A stretch of 64,000 bases of DNA from Shigella phage Sf16, in sequence record MF158043. One strand, given 5' to 3'. The notes under the pieces were generated by a model that was not told the origin of the DNA, ran no database searches, and saw only the letters and a list, made by a program, of their open reading frames with translations. Position numbers and translations under genes: made by a program. This document shows positions 1 to 9,992 of this stretch, piece by piece; position 1 is the first letter of the stretch, and each line of letters starts with the position of its first letter.

Positions 1-8
1 TAAATTGC

Positions 9-37
9 TTTACATGGGGTTTAAAAGTTAGTATCTT
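9..37 (+). promoter_or_regulatory. Early promoter cassette type A (TTTACA-N17-TATCTT) followed by conserved RBS block CCTAAACTGGAGAATC
   Basis: Near-identical copies at 838-866, 2093-2121 and 2375-2403; each ends 5-8 nt before an ATG. Confidence 0.5.
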
Positions 38-90
38 AAGCCCCAGATAAAGAGATTTACCAACAATCAACCTAAACTGGAGACTAGAAA

Positions 91-498
91 ATGACTACAA
101 TTAATCACAAAGAAGTTGCAATTTTGAAAGCACGTTTGACCATTAACCGCATCAACATTGTAACATCAGCAGCGCCAGACGAAACACTGCATAATATCAT
201 CGGTAAAATTCAGGGCGTAGTAGTAGACACAAAACAGCTTAAAGAATCATTGCAAGATGTAGCAGCAGGGGCTATAATTGACGGTGCTCAATATGAGATG
301 AAGGAAATGCTGTCAAAGTCAAAAGTAATGAATAAAGAACTTGACTTGAAAATGTTTAGATTTGCTGTTAAAGTGTGGCTATGTGTTGATTTTGATGCAA
401 ACTTTGCAATTGCTGATTTCTTTGCAACATGGTTACAGCGTAACTTACCGGTTGAAGTCTTCCGTGAAATCTGCGATGCAATTTATTCAGAGATTTGA
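91..498 (+). CDS. hypothetical early protein
   Basis: ORF track; preceded by cassette with GGAG RBS. Confidence 0.5.
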   Translation: MTTINHKEVAILKARLTINRINIVTSAAPDETLHNIIGKIQGVVVDTKQLKESLQDVAAGAIIDGAQYEMKEMLSKSKVMNKELDLKMFRFAVKVWLCVDFDANFAIADFFATWLQRNLPVEVFREICDAIYSEI

Positions 499-583
499 TT
501 GACATTGCAAAAGCATAGTAGTAGAGTACTCATCAACGGGGCAAGATAGAAGCCCCAACAATCCTAAACTGGAGAATCTGAAA

Positions 584-832
584 ATGTTTAATATGTTGAA
601 TATCCCTGACACTTGCCGACTCTTAACACAATTTGATAACCTTGGCAAGCCGTTTTTATATCATATGCCAGATAACACTGCAAAAACTTACAGTTACATT
701 GTAAACCGTTTTACGGCTTATGGTTCAAAGTATGGCTATAATGTCAAGACTCAAAAAGTGACTTTGTTCACAAGTATTGAAGAGTTACCAACTGTTGCCG
801 TTAAACTAATCTTTACAAAGAAAACTAAATAA
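584..832 (+). CDS. hypothetical early protein
   Basis: ORF track; type B hairpin cassette and RBS upstream. Confidence 0.5.
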   Translation: MFNMLNIPDTCRLLTQFDNLGKPFLYHMPDNTAKTYSYIVNRFTAYGSKYGYNVKTQKVTLFTSIEELPTVAVKLIFTKKTK

Positions 833-916
833 AGTCCTTTACATGGGGTTTAAAAGCTAGTATCTTAAGCCCCAGATAAAGAGCTTTACCAACAATCCTA
901 AACTGGAGAATCTAAA

Positions 917-1474
917 ATGAAATGCTTCCACGGTACTACACAAGAAAACTTTGTAAACCTTATTAATGGCGGTGATAAACCATCAGGAGTCTGGAATTGC
1001 TCTGATATGGATGGATGTTTTTATGTCTACCCTGTTAGCAAGTTCTATGATGTAGAAAATCTGGATGACGAACAAATCATAGATGAAGGTATTAAAAACG
1101 CGCTTGATAGCGCAAGCATTACAGCAGCCTATCAAATGAAGTCACAAAAGCTTGTTATCTTGGAACTGGATATTCCAGAAGATGATTTACAAGATGACTG
1201 GAGCTGTGAGAACATGAGCGACGTAGCAAGCTTTACAGAATATTTCGATAAAGAATGGATTAAAAAGGTTTACACAACTGAATTTAATGCTATGTATGCG
1301 CCTTTCTTTGTCCCTAACCTGAATAATAGGGACTTGGGTTATATACCAGATGAATTACGCAACATTGCGGCAATAGTCCAACGTAGTGATGAGATGAGCA
1401 ATGTATATTGTGATATCTTTGACACAATGCAATTCAACGTAACAGAAACGGCTATAAACGACTTAACAGCATAA
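917..1474 (+). CDS. hypothetical acidic early protein
   Basis: ORF track; cassette upstream; D/E-rich. Confidence 0.5.
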   Translation: MKCFHGTTQENFVNLINGGDKPSGVWNCSDMDGCFYVYPVSKFYDVENLDDEQIIDEGIKNALDSASITAAYQMKSQKLVILELDIPEDDLQDDWSCENMSDVASFTEYFDKEWIKKVYTTEFNAMYAPFFVPNLNNRDLGYIPDELRNIAAIVQRSDEMSNVYCDIFDTMQFNVTETAINDLTA

Positions 1475-1537
1475 ACGATAGAATCATACCAGTTCACTAG
1501 AAAAGCCCCGCATAGGGGCTTACAAGAGGCTTAAAAC

Positions 1538-1768
1538 ATGCTTACTACAATCTATCTTATTCTATCTATCTGCAATGGTTCACAGTGTGACTTTAAAGGT
1601 TTAGAAGAGTTTACAGGTAGCGAAAATAATGCTATTGTTGCTTGTCAGATAGCAAGGCAAGATTACCCTGCATCAGATGATATCCAATGTTACTATAAAT
1701 CAGAAGATGATTATGGCATTTACTTTGACAGTGTGAATGGTGATTATGAAATTCTTATAGAAAAGTAG
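1538..1768 (+). CDS. hypothetical small protein with hydrophobic N-terminus
   Basis: ORF track; N-terminal hydrophobic stretch LILSIC. Confidence 0.45.
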   Translation: MLTTIYLILSICNGSQCDFKGLEEFTGSENNAIVACQIARQDYPASDDIQCYYKSEDDYGIYFDSVNGDYEILIEK

Positions 1769-1857
1769 TTGACACTGAAAACGCAAACAAGTAAAGTATT
1801 CATCAACGGGAAGGAAACTTCCCCACTAAACAAAATTCCTAAACTGGAGAATCAAAA

Positions 1858-2079
1858 ATGTTGCAAGTTCTTAACGTAAAAACCATTGATTTTAAATTCT
1901 CAAATGTTCGTCGTACCTATTTACAGCCATTTAATAACCCTGTTAGAATTCCCAACGATGACGCTAAAAAGTTGATTGATGAAATTCTAGCTAATGGCGG
2001 TTATCTGGCTAGTCATAAGCAGTATAATGATGAGGCTGGAAGCCTGATAAATGAGTTTACATATTATTACTACAAATAA
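1858..2079 (+). CDS. hypothetical early protein
   Basis: ORF track; cassette upstream. Confidence 0.5.
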   Translation: MLQVLNVKTIDFKFSNVRRTYLQPFNNPVRIPNDDAKKLIDEILANGGYLASHKQYNDEAGSLINEFTYYYYK

Positions 2080-2170
2080 CTAATAAAGTCCTTTACATGG
2101 GGTTTATAGTTAGATAAGATAAGCCCCAGATAAAGAGCTTTACCAACAATCCTAAACTGGAGAATCTAAA

Positions 2171-2368
2171 ATGTTATCACTGATGCAAAAACTTTCTACC
2201 TTGTGGTGTTTAAAAGGTGTAGAGTGTAACCTTAACATGGAAGGTTCAAAGATAGACCTAAAAATAGTATACAATGGAGAAATACTATTCTCACAGAATA
2301 GCAGTCATCCACACTTCAAAGATAATGCAATTATGGCCGTGAATAATCTGATGGATAGAATTTATTAA
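2171..2368 (+). CDS. hypothetical early protein
   Basis: ORF track; cassette upstream. Confidence 0.45.
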   Translation: MLSLMQKLSTLWCLKGVECNLNMEGSKIDLKIVYNGEILFSQNSSHPHFKDNAIMAVNNLMDRIY

Positions 2369-2452
2369 AGTGCTTTACATGGGGTTTAAAAGCTAGTATC
2401 TTAAGCCCCAGATAAAGAGCTTTACCAACAATCCTAAACTGGAGAATCTAAA

Positions 2453-2794
2453 ATGGCCTATGTAACAATTATCACCGATAAAGAAAATTCGTCATGGTCT
2501 ACCCAAGTTAACGACAAAATGAAACCTATGCAGTGTCTCAAGTACTTTGAGCAATGGAACAGGGGAGAAGATGTAAGCCCCTTTCAAGTGATGCAGATTG
2601 TACATGTTGACAATGAAGGGAATAAAACTACCCTTAACACTGAATACTATGCTACACGTTTCGAAACTCGCAAATCAGCTATGCAGGAGTTAAGAGAAAA
2701 GGGATATAGTCACATTGCCGCGCTCATTTGGTCTGATTTGCTTAAAAAACAGTCATTAACCTATGTTAAGCCAGAAAAAATCTTTATAAGCTAA
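2453..2794 (+). CDS. hypothetical early protein
   Basis: ORF track; cassette upstream. Confidence 0.5.
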   Translation: MAYVTIITDKENSSWSTQVNDKMKPMQCLKYFEQWNRGEDVSPFQVMQIVHVDNEGNKTTLNTEYYATRFETRKSAMQELREKGYSHIAALIWSDLLKKQSLTYVKPEKIFIS

Positions 2795-2825
2795 TCAACA
2801 ACTTATAAAAATCTTTTGAAAAACT

Positions 2826-2854
2826 ATTGACAATGCCCCTTGACAAGTGTAACT
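2826..2854 (+). promoter_or_regulatory. sigma70-like promoter (tandem TTGACA boxes)
   Basis: TTGACA at 2826 and 2839; TAACTT 17 nt downstream of the first. Confidence 0.35.
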
Positions 2855-2991
2855 TTGTTCGAGGGGGTTTATCTAAAAAGGGATTAACTTAATAGATTCT
2901 TTATAGATAAGCGTAAAAAGTACTTGCAAAGGTCTAATCATATCTATATAGTATCTTCAAAAGGCAACTTCCTAAACTGGAGAATCACTAA

Positions 2992-3132
2992 ATGTTAGAT
3001 ATCATTAAAAACCCTATCCTTTGCGGTATGATTGTTTCTGTTGTGTTGCCATTAGCAATGCTCATCATTGGTGAAATCTCAGATAAACTTTTTGATAAAA
3101 AACTACTTGCAATGCAGAATCAAAACAAGTAA
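2992..3132 (+). CDS. small hydrophobic peptide (46 aa)
   Basis: ATG 7 nt after conserved RBS block; translated by eye; below ORF-track size cutoff. Confidence 0.3.
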   Translation: MLDIIKNPILCGMIVSVVLPLAMLIIGEISDKLFDKKLLAMQNQNK

Positions 3133-3197
3133 AGTATTTATCAACGGGGAGGGAGACTTCCCCACTAAACAAAATTCCTAAACTGGAGAATCTGAAA

Positions 3198-3449
3198 ATG
3201 GCTACTATCCGCGCAACTGTTAACAATTTTGGCTTCCATGTATTAGATGTTAAATTTGATATGGTTGGCACTGGTGATGCTTTTGGCATGGTTGATATGT
3301 GTCTGAAAGCAACTATTCAGGATTACAATCAATCTGAGTGGTTCTGGAAAGAAGTTAAACAAGAAGTCTTAAAGGATGGCGTATCCTCTTACTATTGGGG
3401 TGATTCTCTTATCACGCTTTACTATGAAGTTGACGGCTTCAATAACTAA
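3198..3449 (+). CDS. hypothetical early protein
   Basis: ORF track; type B cassette upstream. Confidence 0.5.
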   Translation: MATIRATVNNFGFHVLDVKFDMVGTGDAFGMVDMCLKATIQDYNQSEWFWKEVKQEVLKDGVSSYYWGDSLITLYYEVDGFNN

Positions 3450-3490
3450 CAAGTCGCCGCAACGGGGCAAATAGCCCCAGACACCTTTAC

Positions 3491-3514
3491 AGCCCCTTAG
3501 ATGGGGCTTTTTTA
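3491..3514 (+). terminator. rho-independent terminator closing the early region
   Basis: AGCCCC-loop-GGGGCT followed by TTTTTT. Confidence 0.75.
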
Positions 3515-3519
3515 CGTCT

Positions 3520-5015
3520 TCCTAGAATCTTACCAGACATTTAGAACAATAACTCTATAGCTTACTCTATATCCTCTTATCAAATCAACTATAAATTCCC
3601 TTAAATATAAGCCCATAACCCGAAAGGGAAGGGCAATCCCTAAAACGCTCTATAACGCTCTATACGGGCTTATCATCTCATCTTAAGCAATCATATTAAC
3701 CTACTCTTAAAAGCCCTTCATAGAGCTTTCTAGAGCCTTAAAAGAATCTTATAAGGGTATAAGCTTTATTATCTCGTTAGTATCTTGTGAATGGTTAAAC
3801 AGGGGCTTGATAATAGCTTTAAAGTATGCTATGGAGTCTAAAAAGAGCCTTAAAAGTAACGTAAAAGTTAGCCCCCTTTACATTCTCTTAACAAAATCTT
3901 AACAAATGCTACATAGTTATGCTTGTTAGCCCCTTGTTAAATCCTTGTTAGAGGTATGTTAAAAGTTTGTTAGACTCTTTGAAGTCCCTGTATAAGCCCC
4001 TACAAAGCCCTATAAAGAGCTATACAGGTAGTTGGGGTGTAGTTACTAGGGAGAAGCTTAGAAGAGGCTATACAGAGCTATACAGGGCTTTTAAGAGGGC
4101 TTTTAGTTGGGCTTGTACCAACCCTAAGAGAATCACTAAGAAGCATAGGGAATGATAAGAGAAGAGATAGTGACCATGTTAATAGCTTGTTAAAAAGGTT
4201 TAGAACTTGTTAATTATCTTAACAAAATAACTCTTAAGATTTAACTATTTAGCAACTTATAAGCAACTTGTTAGACTCTTGTAAGCAATGTTACAGACTT
4301 GTTAAGCTCTTGTTAGTTCTGTTAAGGGATTGTTAAGGACTTTGAAAGAGATGTTAAGAGCTTGGAAGAGTTGTTAAGAGATTGTTAATGATATTTTAAG
4401 ATTTTGCAAAGGGGATGTTACAGGGCTGTTAAGGGCTACCAAGCAGATATACATCCTCTGTAGATATTTTTCAGATTCTCCAAAGACCCCTAAATAAACA
4501 CTACCTAGTCTATTTTATAAAAATTTTATAATTCTGAATAACTATCTATACACTATCTTATATAAAACAGGAATTAACAGGCTTATAAGAGACCTTGTTA
4601 GTACCGTGTTAGACCTTGTAGGATAAGCCTTAGAAGGGAATACCTGTTTAGTGTTATATAACAGTCTATATGGAGGCTTAGTAATACCTAGTGATTCTGC
4701 TATATAGGGTACTATCATTTACCTAGAGATTAAGATGAGTATAGGGGCTTCTAAGGGGCTAGGAAGAGGTTAGGAAGGTGATTGTATAGGGTTGATTAAT
4801 GGGAGGCTTAGAAGGCTTTATAGAGGGCTATATAGAGAGCACTATTTAGGGACTAAGAGGCTATATAGATACTATATAATACTATATAGAGATGATGCTT
4901 AGAGAGGGTGTTTAGAAGGGTATAGATATTTTATCACATATCATGGTGACCCAAGATGAACGGAGTGAATCCCAAATTTTATAAAAATTATAAATTTCGT
5001 AAATTTTACTCAATA
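3520..5015. repeat. non-coding region dense in short direct repeats (TTGTTAR, CTATAyAG, GCTTAGAAG)
   Basis: No credible ORF; about 20 TTGTTAA/G copies between 3900 and 4620; lies between convergent gene blocks. Confidence 0.6.
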
Positions 5016-5037
5016 AAAGCCCCAATTAAGGGGCTGT
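5015..5037 (-). terminator. rho-independent terminator for the minus-strand block
   Basis: On the minus strand: AGCCCC-TTAATT-GGGGCT then T-run. Confidence 0.7.
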
Positions 5038-5043
5038 ATAGTT

Positions 5044-5715
5044 TTACATCACTTCACTAAGCATAGTTTGCAATGAAGTTTTAGAAGTCTGGAAGAAGTG
5101 TGTGAACCCATTATGACGTTCTCTTACCTGAATCATTATCTGGTCACCCTTAATCGGGTGTGAACTAATATGGTATTCATTCATGTTCAGTACAGCACCC
5201 AAACCATCTATAATGTGTCTGAGTATGTCATATTCAACAAATTCTTCTTTACCTGTGACCTTGATACAAACACCTTTGTTGGTTCTCTTAGGGTTTATAT
5301 CTTCCATAACCAGCATTTGTTGTCCACCAAGAGAAATCATAGAGAACTCTTTACGGTTCTGCTGCTTAACATACATCTCAAGTTTCTTCAAAGTATCTTC
5401 AAAGAACGGATAAGATTTCTTGACAAAGATACCTTCAAGTGGTTCTTTACCTGAATCTTCTCGTTCCATCTTAAGTCGATTAACAAGTAAGTCTAAAGAC
5501 CACTTCTCACTTTCATCAAGATGTGTGTTGATATCATCTAGGCTAAGTACCAGATACTTTCTTTCAAGTTCAAACTTTTTCATCTCTATCAAATCCTTAA
5601 AACATTTCTTAGTAATTGCTTCCCATTCTTCGGAGTTCTTTCTCTTCCTCTTCAGATGGGGAACCATATCTGTTAAGTTCTTCCAACTCTTCTTCAGTAG
5701 GTGTCCCATAATCAC
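5044..5715 (-). CDS. hypothetical protein
   Basis: ORF track, 223 aa. Confidence 0.5.
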   Translation of the reverse strand: MIMGHLLKKSWKNLTDMVPHLKRKRKNSEEWEAITKKCFKDLIEMKKFELERKYLVLSLDDINTHLDESEKWSLDLLVNRLKMEREDSGKEPLEGIFVKKSYPFFEDTLKKLEMYVKQQNRKEFSMISLGGQQMLVMEDINPKRTNKGVCIKVTGKEEFVEYDILRHIIDGLGAVLNMNEYHISSHPIKGDQIMIQVRERHNGFTHFFQTSKTSLQTMLSEVM

Positions 5716-6227
5716 ACTTTAATCTGATACTTTGAACGTTGATAATCAACTGTGAGATAACCATCATAACCTACCAACCATCTCCCACCACGTCTGAATA
5801 CCGTGTCTAAATCTGCACTATTGATATCACCTTCAAAACCACAATCAGGAACTTCCCTCTCAATCTTGATAGTTGCTACTACCAAATCTGTATGAGTGTC
5901 TCTAATCATGTACACAGTATTTGTTTTGATACCACTATCGTGCTCTTGTTCACGTAAATCATGTGGTGCTAACAAGTCTTTATCGGCTTGTAAGTGGGAC
6001 TCTGAAAAAGCTGCATGAACCATGTAAGCTTCTGAGCACTCCCAGATAAAGCTATGAAGAAGAACCTTTGCAGCATGTCTTGAGCAACCAAGGTCTTCGA
6101 CGATAGCCTTGTACATATCATCTTTAGTACCATTGTTAAGCATAGCTTTGCGTACTGTCTCTTTAACATTCTTCATCTTTCCAATCCTCATCTCTCTCAA
6201 TCTGAAACTCATCAGGTAACTCTGCAA
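5712..6227 (-). CDS. hypothetical protein
   Basis: ORF track, 171 aa; 4-nt overlap with neighbour. Confidence 0.5.
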   Translation of the reverse strand: MQSYLMSFRLREMRIGKMKNVKETVRKAMLNNGTKDDMYKAIVEDLGCSRHAAKVLLHSFIWECSEAYMVHAAFSESHLQADKDLLAPHDLREQEHDSGIKTNTVYMIRDTHTDLVVATIKIEREVPDCGFEGDINSADLDTVFRRGGRWLVGYDGYLTVDYQRSKYQIKV

Positions 6228-6459
6228 TAGCTTTCAAGTAATAAGCTTCTTGAATATTGCAAAGTTCTTCATAACCACCATTCATAAGCCAGTTGTAACC
6301 AGCAGGTACACCGTTATCATCACAGAACCCTGTGTAGAACATCGCTTTATGAATCATGTTAAGTGGCTTGTAAGCAACTTCAACGATATAGAAAGTGTTA
6401 TCTTTCCAACCACCCTTTGGAGGATGGATACCTTTAACGCCTCTAGTTTGTGGAGTCAT
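6163..6459 (-). CDS. hypothetical protein
   Basis: ORF track; true start may be internal. Confidence 0.45.
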   Translation of the reverse strand: MTPQTRGVKGIHPPKGGWKDNTFYIVEVAYKPLNMIHKAMFYTGFCDDNGVPAGYNWLMNGGYEELCNIQEAYYLKAIAELPDEFQIERDEDWKDEEC

Positions 6460-6461
6460 AA

Positions 6462-6905
6462 TCAGCCTTTAGATAGTTTGACATTAACTATGTTTAAAAA
6501 AGTTTGAGTAGATAACTTACCAGATTTTAAATATGGAAGCAACGGTTCTAGCGCATTATCAATCTCAATAGACATTTTTACGATTTCTTTTTCAAAGTCT
6601 TCTTGCAGAATATTGTATGTACATGACTTACCTAACTCTTTGTCACTGACCTTGGCAATTTGGATATCAAAGCTTTTATGGTCAGTGTGAGTTATACCTC
6701 TGTACAAGAAGTTTTTATCAAACGTGATAATCTCCCCGCACTTAAATGTCATTCCTTTATCACCTTCACCAATGATGAAATCATTAGTGAGTTCTACTGA
6801 GAATGGATAACGGCCTTGTTCAATGTTTCTGACTGTACCAAATGCTACACGCTCTCTCGTTGCATAGTTTACAAGCTCTACTACTTCATACTTCTTAAGT
6901 TCCAT
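6462..6905 (-). CDS. hypothetical protein
   Basis: ORF track, 147 aa. Confidence 0.5.
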   Translation of the reverse strand: MELKKYEVVELVNYATRERVAFGTVRNIEQGRYPFSVELTNDFIIGEGDKGMTFKCGEIITFDKNFLYRGITHTDHKSFDIQIAKVSDKELGKSCTYNILQEDFEKEIVKMSIEIDNALEPLLPYLKSGKLSTQTFLNIVNVKLSKG

Positions 6906-6947
6906 TTTCGCTACCTCTAAACAGGGGCTTTTACACCCCTTGACAGA

Positions 6948-7157
6948 TTACTCTTCAACAGATTCTTTATCTTTCTTTGAAGAAGCCTTTTTCTCTTTCT
7001 TCTTAGGCTCAGTTGCTGCAATAGCAATGTCAACAAGTTGTGCTAAGTCAGACTTAATCACTGTGACTGGCTGTTCGTTGTAGAAACCTTTCTCAAGGTA
7101 CTCTTTGAACTCTTCCAGAGTGTTAAAGCCAAAAGGCTTGACAGGTGTTCTAATCAT
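6948..7157 (-). CDS. hypothetical protein with lysine-rich C-terminus
   Basis: ORF track. Confidence 0.45.
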   Translation of the reverse strand: MIRTPVKPFGFNTLEEFKEYLEKGFYNEQPVTVIKSDLAQLVDIAIAATEPKKKEKKASSKKDKESVEE

Positions 7158-7227
7158 TTACCCTCCGAGATATCTTTTAAGATTTTCTGGTTAATCATTT
7201 CCGCAATAGCATAGCGGATACAAATTA

Positions 7228-7734
7228 CTAAAATTTTAGGTTGCATTCTTTACTTACCTCTTCAAACTTACTCTCAAACTCTACAATCTTCTTCTTGTAA
7301 TTCGTCATTCTCAAACATGATAGGATTATACCAACTATTGGAATCACATACAAGAACCAAATCTCAGAAATTTTCTTCTCAGCTTGATTAAACGTTAAAT
7401 CCTGCATGTACATGCCACCGAAGGAGATTACACAAATCATAGCAAGGAATACAGATAACATGATTGCTATTCCTGCCCATCCTCTGGTATTATGTTCAGC
7501 ATTTCTACGCTTATTTTCAAGATTGATAAGTTCGTTGTAGTCTGCTGAGAAGTCTCTGTAGAAAGCTTTCAAGTACTCTCTGCTGTAACCTTCAAAGCAT
7601 CCTGTACCAAACCAATTTTCACCTCCGAAGTGTGAAATAGTTCCTTCTTCACCGTTTGCTTTCACAATCTTAAAAGATACATGGTGCTTAGATTGCTCAT
7701 AAGAAATCTGGTCTCTTGAATCTTCATAAATCAT
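7228..7734 (-). CDS. membrane protein
   Basis: Two hydrophobic helices (AGIAIMLSVFLAMICVISFGG, FLYVIPIVGIILSCL). Confidence 0.5.
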   Translation of the reverse strand: MIYEDSRDQISYEQSKHHVSFKIVKANGEEGTISHFGGENWFGTGCFEGYSREYLKAFYRDFSADYNELINLENKRRNAEHNTRGWAGIAIMLSVFLAMICVISFGGMYMQDLTFNQAEKKISEIWFLYVIPIVGIILSCLRMTNYKKKIVEFESKFEEVSKECNLKF

Positions 7735-7949
7735 TGTTCAATCCTCTTTAATCGTGCATTCCACTCTCTGTCAATCATTCTCTGGAATGTCTTACCTCTG
7801 GGAGTAACGTTCTTAAGTGATTCTTCAGTACATACTAAGATATCACCTCTGGCAAACTTGCCATAACACTGTTTAGTCTTCTTAGCTCGTCTGTACTGCT
7901 CAGAAACAGAGAGCTTCCAGTATTCACCTAGAGTTATAAACTTTTTCAT
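7731..7949 (-). CDS. hypothetical protein
   Basis: ORF track; overlapping stop/start. Confidence 0.45.
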   Translation of the reverse strand: MKKFITLGEYWKLSVSEQYRRAKKTKQCYGKFARGDILVCTEESLKNVTPRGKTFQRMIDREWNARLKRIEQ

Positions 7950-8695
7950 TCTTTCACCATTGCGTTGTAGAATTGCCTTTGAATCTCTTCAGCAATCTGA
8001 TAAGGTGTGAAACCAGCTTTTAACATCATCCTGACTGTGTACTCAATGTCATTCTTATTAACCACATGGTCTGTGACACTGATTGCTTCTTTTAACTCTT
8101 CCACATTCTTTTTAGCATCTTCACAAGTGCTGGTCAACACAGAGTCAAATTTCTTTTGTGGTGTAGTCCAAGCATGACTATGTGGATTCGCATCACAGAA
8201 ATACTTGAAGTAATCTCTGACGTTATCTACAACCAGAGTTTGATGACCGTCCTCTTTAGTTGTGTATCGAGACTCTTGCTCAGGTAAGTCTGCAAGTCTG
8301 TGTGTAGGAGCCTCAATAGTAACATCAATCGCTCTAACCTTTGGAGTTACCTCTTTCTTCATAGTCGGAGTTGCCTCAAAAGTTGCCTTTTCAGTTTCTT
8401 CATAATCTTCATCTCTAATAATTCCAGTATCTGCCAAAGCAATACCAAGGAGGTCTTTAAAGCTTCCTGTGAATACCAGATTTTCTATATCAGCAGTTGA
8501 ATAAACTTTACCAGCCCACAAATGTCCTTCTACAAGGTTTGGAGAATCTGGGTATAGCTTGAAGTGTATATTTTTCAAAGGTCTGAAGTACACCACACCA
8601 CTATCAGAGACATATGTGACAGTAGCTGCAACTCTACGCAATGGATTTTCCTTGACATATATAAATATTGTATCTGATTCATTAACTTTGTTCAT
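7946..8695 (-). CDS. hypothetical protein
   Basis: ORF track, 249 aa. Confidence 0.5.
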   Translation of the reverse strand: MNKVNESDTIFIYVKENPLRRVAATVTYVSDSGVVYFRPLKNIHFKLYPDSPNLVEGHLWAGKVYSTADIENLVFTGSFKDLLGIALADTGIIRDEDYEETEKATFEATPTMKKEVTPKVRAIDVTIEAPTHRLADLPEQESRYTTKEDGHQTLVVDNVRDYFKYFCDANPHSHAWTTPQKKFDSVLTSTCEDAKKNVEELKEAISVTDHVVNKNDIEYTVRMMLKAGFTPYQIAEEIQRQFYNAMVKE

Positions 8696-8765
8696 TTTAT
8701 CTCTCCAATAAAAAAGGGAACCACCTTTCGATAGCTCCCATCATACAAAATTCTAGATATTACTG

Positions 8766-9359
8766 TCAAGTATATTTTCTAGGCAGTAACTTACTTTTTC
8801 TGCTTCGAACATCTTCAAGGATAGCTATGAAGTCATCAGAAGCACCCTTCCAAGGGCTGAAGTTTGGGATATGTTGACGAATAGCTTCAATAATCGTCTT
8901 CATACCTGTGTTCTTCATCCACCAATCTGAGCTTGAGGCAGTCATAACAAAGAACTGCTCATCATCGGTTAAGATGACCTCTTTAGTGAATGGGGAGGTG
9001 TACGTGGTGATAACTGAACCACCATTCATGTAATATGTACGCTTGTGGACTTTATCAAGCATATCATGTAGGTCACCAAACAGCTTCACAACCTCTTGGT
9101 GGTTAATGTCTTTCTCAAGGTCTAAACGGTACTTCAGAAGTGCTTCATCAACTTCTTTAGATGAGAACTTAAAGTACTGCACATCTTCAATGATACATGC
9201 AGAGATGTTGTTCACATCCATAGTCAATTTGACAACTTTTGCTGGTGAGTTAATGTTTGGCTGGAACGCAGCAAGCACACCCTGAACATTACCGTAGTGT
9301 TGGACTAATGCAACTTGTGGAGAATCAACTCCACCATTTTCTTTAATGTTTACACCCAT
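8766..9359 (-). CDS. hypothetical protein (possible phosphoesterase, GDLHD motif)
   Basis: ORF track; motif only weakly suggestive. Confidence 0.4.
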   Translation of the reverse strand: MGVNIKENGGVDSPQVALVQHYGNVQGVLAAFQPNINSPAKVVKLTMDVNNISACIIEDVQYFKFSSKEVDEALLKYRLDLEKDINHQEVVKLFGDLHDMLDKVHKRTYYMNGGSVITTYTSPFTKEVILTDDEQFFVMTASSSDWWMKNTGMKTIIEAIRQHIPNFSPWKGASDDFIAILEDVRSRKSKLLPRKYT

Positions 9360-9360
9360 A

Positions 9361-9798
9361 CTATAACTTCCTCACTAAATACTTTTTAAGTGGTGTCTTC
9401 GGTTTTTCAAAGACCTCAATAGAATCTATTTTGATGCCCTCACCACGCATACCTGTGGATTGGTAGATGTAGAACTCAAGCATCCCTATATTTTTAGCTG
9501 GCATATCATGCTTAACAAAGATGGTCACTGACTCTTCACTTTTAAAGATTACTGTACCGTCTTTATACACAAGCTTATCAGGTTGTTTATAGTCAAGCAT
9601 ATCAAACATCAGAAATAGTCTTTGCTGACATTTGTCCAGCCTTGATGACAGGGCTTCTTGTATATCTGCGAAATTCTTATAAACAACGATGTGGAGCTTA
9701 AGCATCTGCATATTCTCTGACGAAGAAGTAGTTGATTTTGTTATCGGACACCAGAAGGTCATAGCAAGTAATCTCGAACTTATTCTTTTCAGCATCAT
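9361..9798 (-). CDS. hypothetical protein
   Basis: ORF track. Confidence 0.45.
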   Translation of the reverse strand: MMLKRISSRLLAMTFWCPITKSTTSSSENMQMLKLHIVVYKNFADIQEALSSRLDKCQQRLFLMFDMLDYKQPDKLVYKDGTVIFKSEESVTIFVKHDMPAKNIGMLEFYIYQSTGMRGEGIKIDSIEVFEKPKTPLKKYLVRKL

Positions 9799-9991
9799 AG
9801 CTGGTGTATGGCTCAGAAACTTGCTTTGTTGACACTTTTGGGTTATTAGGGTTTAAAAGGCCACCATAAAGTTTCTTAATGGCCTTTGTTGCCACACTCC
9901 AGATAACATCATCAGTGAGTTCTTCGTACAGGTCAAACTCGGCTTCATAGCTGAAGTCATTAATTGGAAAGATAACCTGTACTTTACTCAT
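9698..9991 (-). CDS. hypothetical protein
   Basis: ORF track; overlaps 9361-9798, start probably internal. Confidence 0.4.
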   Translation of the reverse strand: MSKVQVIFPINDFSYEAEFDLYEELTDDVIWSVATKAIKKLYGGLLNPNNPKVSTKQVSEPYTSYDAEKNKFEITCYDLLVSDNKINYFFVREYADA

Positions 9992-9992
9992 A

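Noticed and set aside
3967-4155. 62-aa ORF inside the repeat-rich non-coding region
   Set aside because: Composed of the short direct repeats themselves; no RBS
3900-4620. Possible CRISPR array suggested by dense short repeats
   Set aside because: Repeats are only 7-9 nt, irregularly spaced and without uniform spacers; no cas genes
5170-5722. Three plus-strand ORFs (5170-5454, 5183-5413, 5420-5722) opposite minus-strand genes
   Set aside because: Antisense shadows of the 5044-5715 gene; mutually overlapping; low-complexity translations
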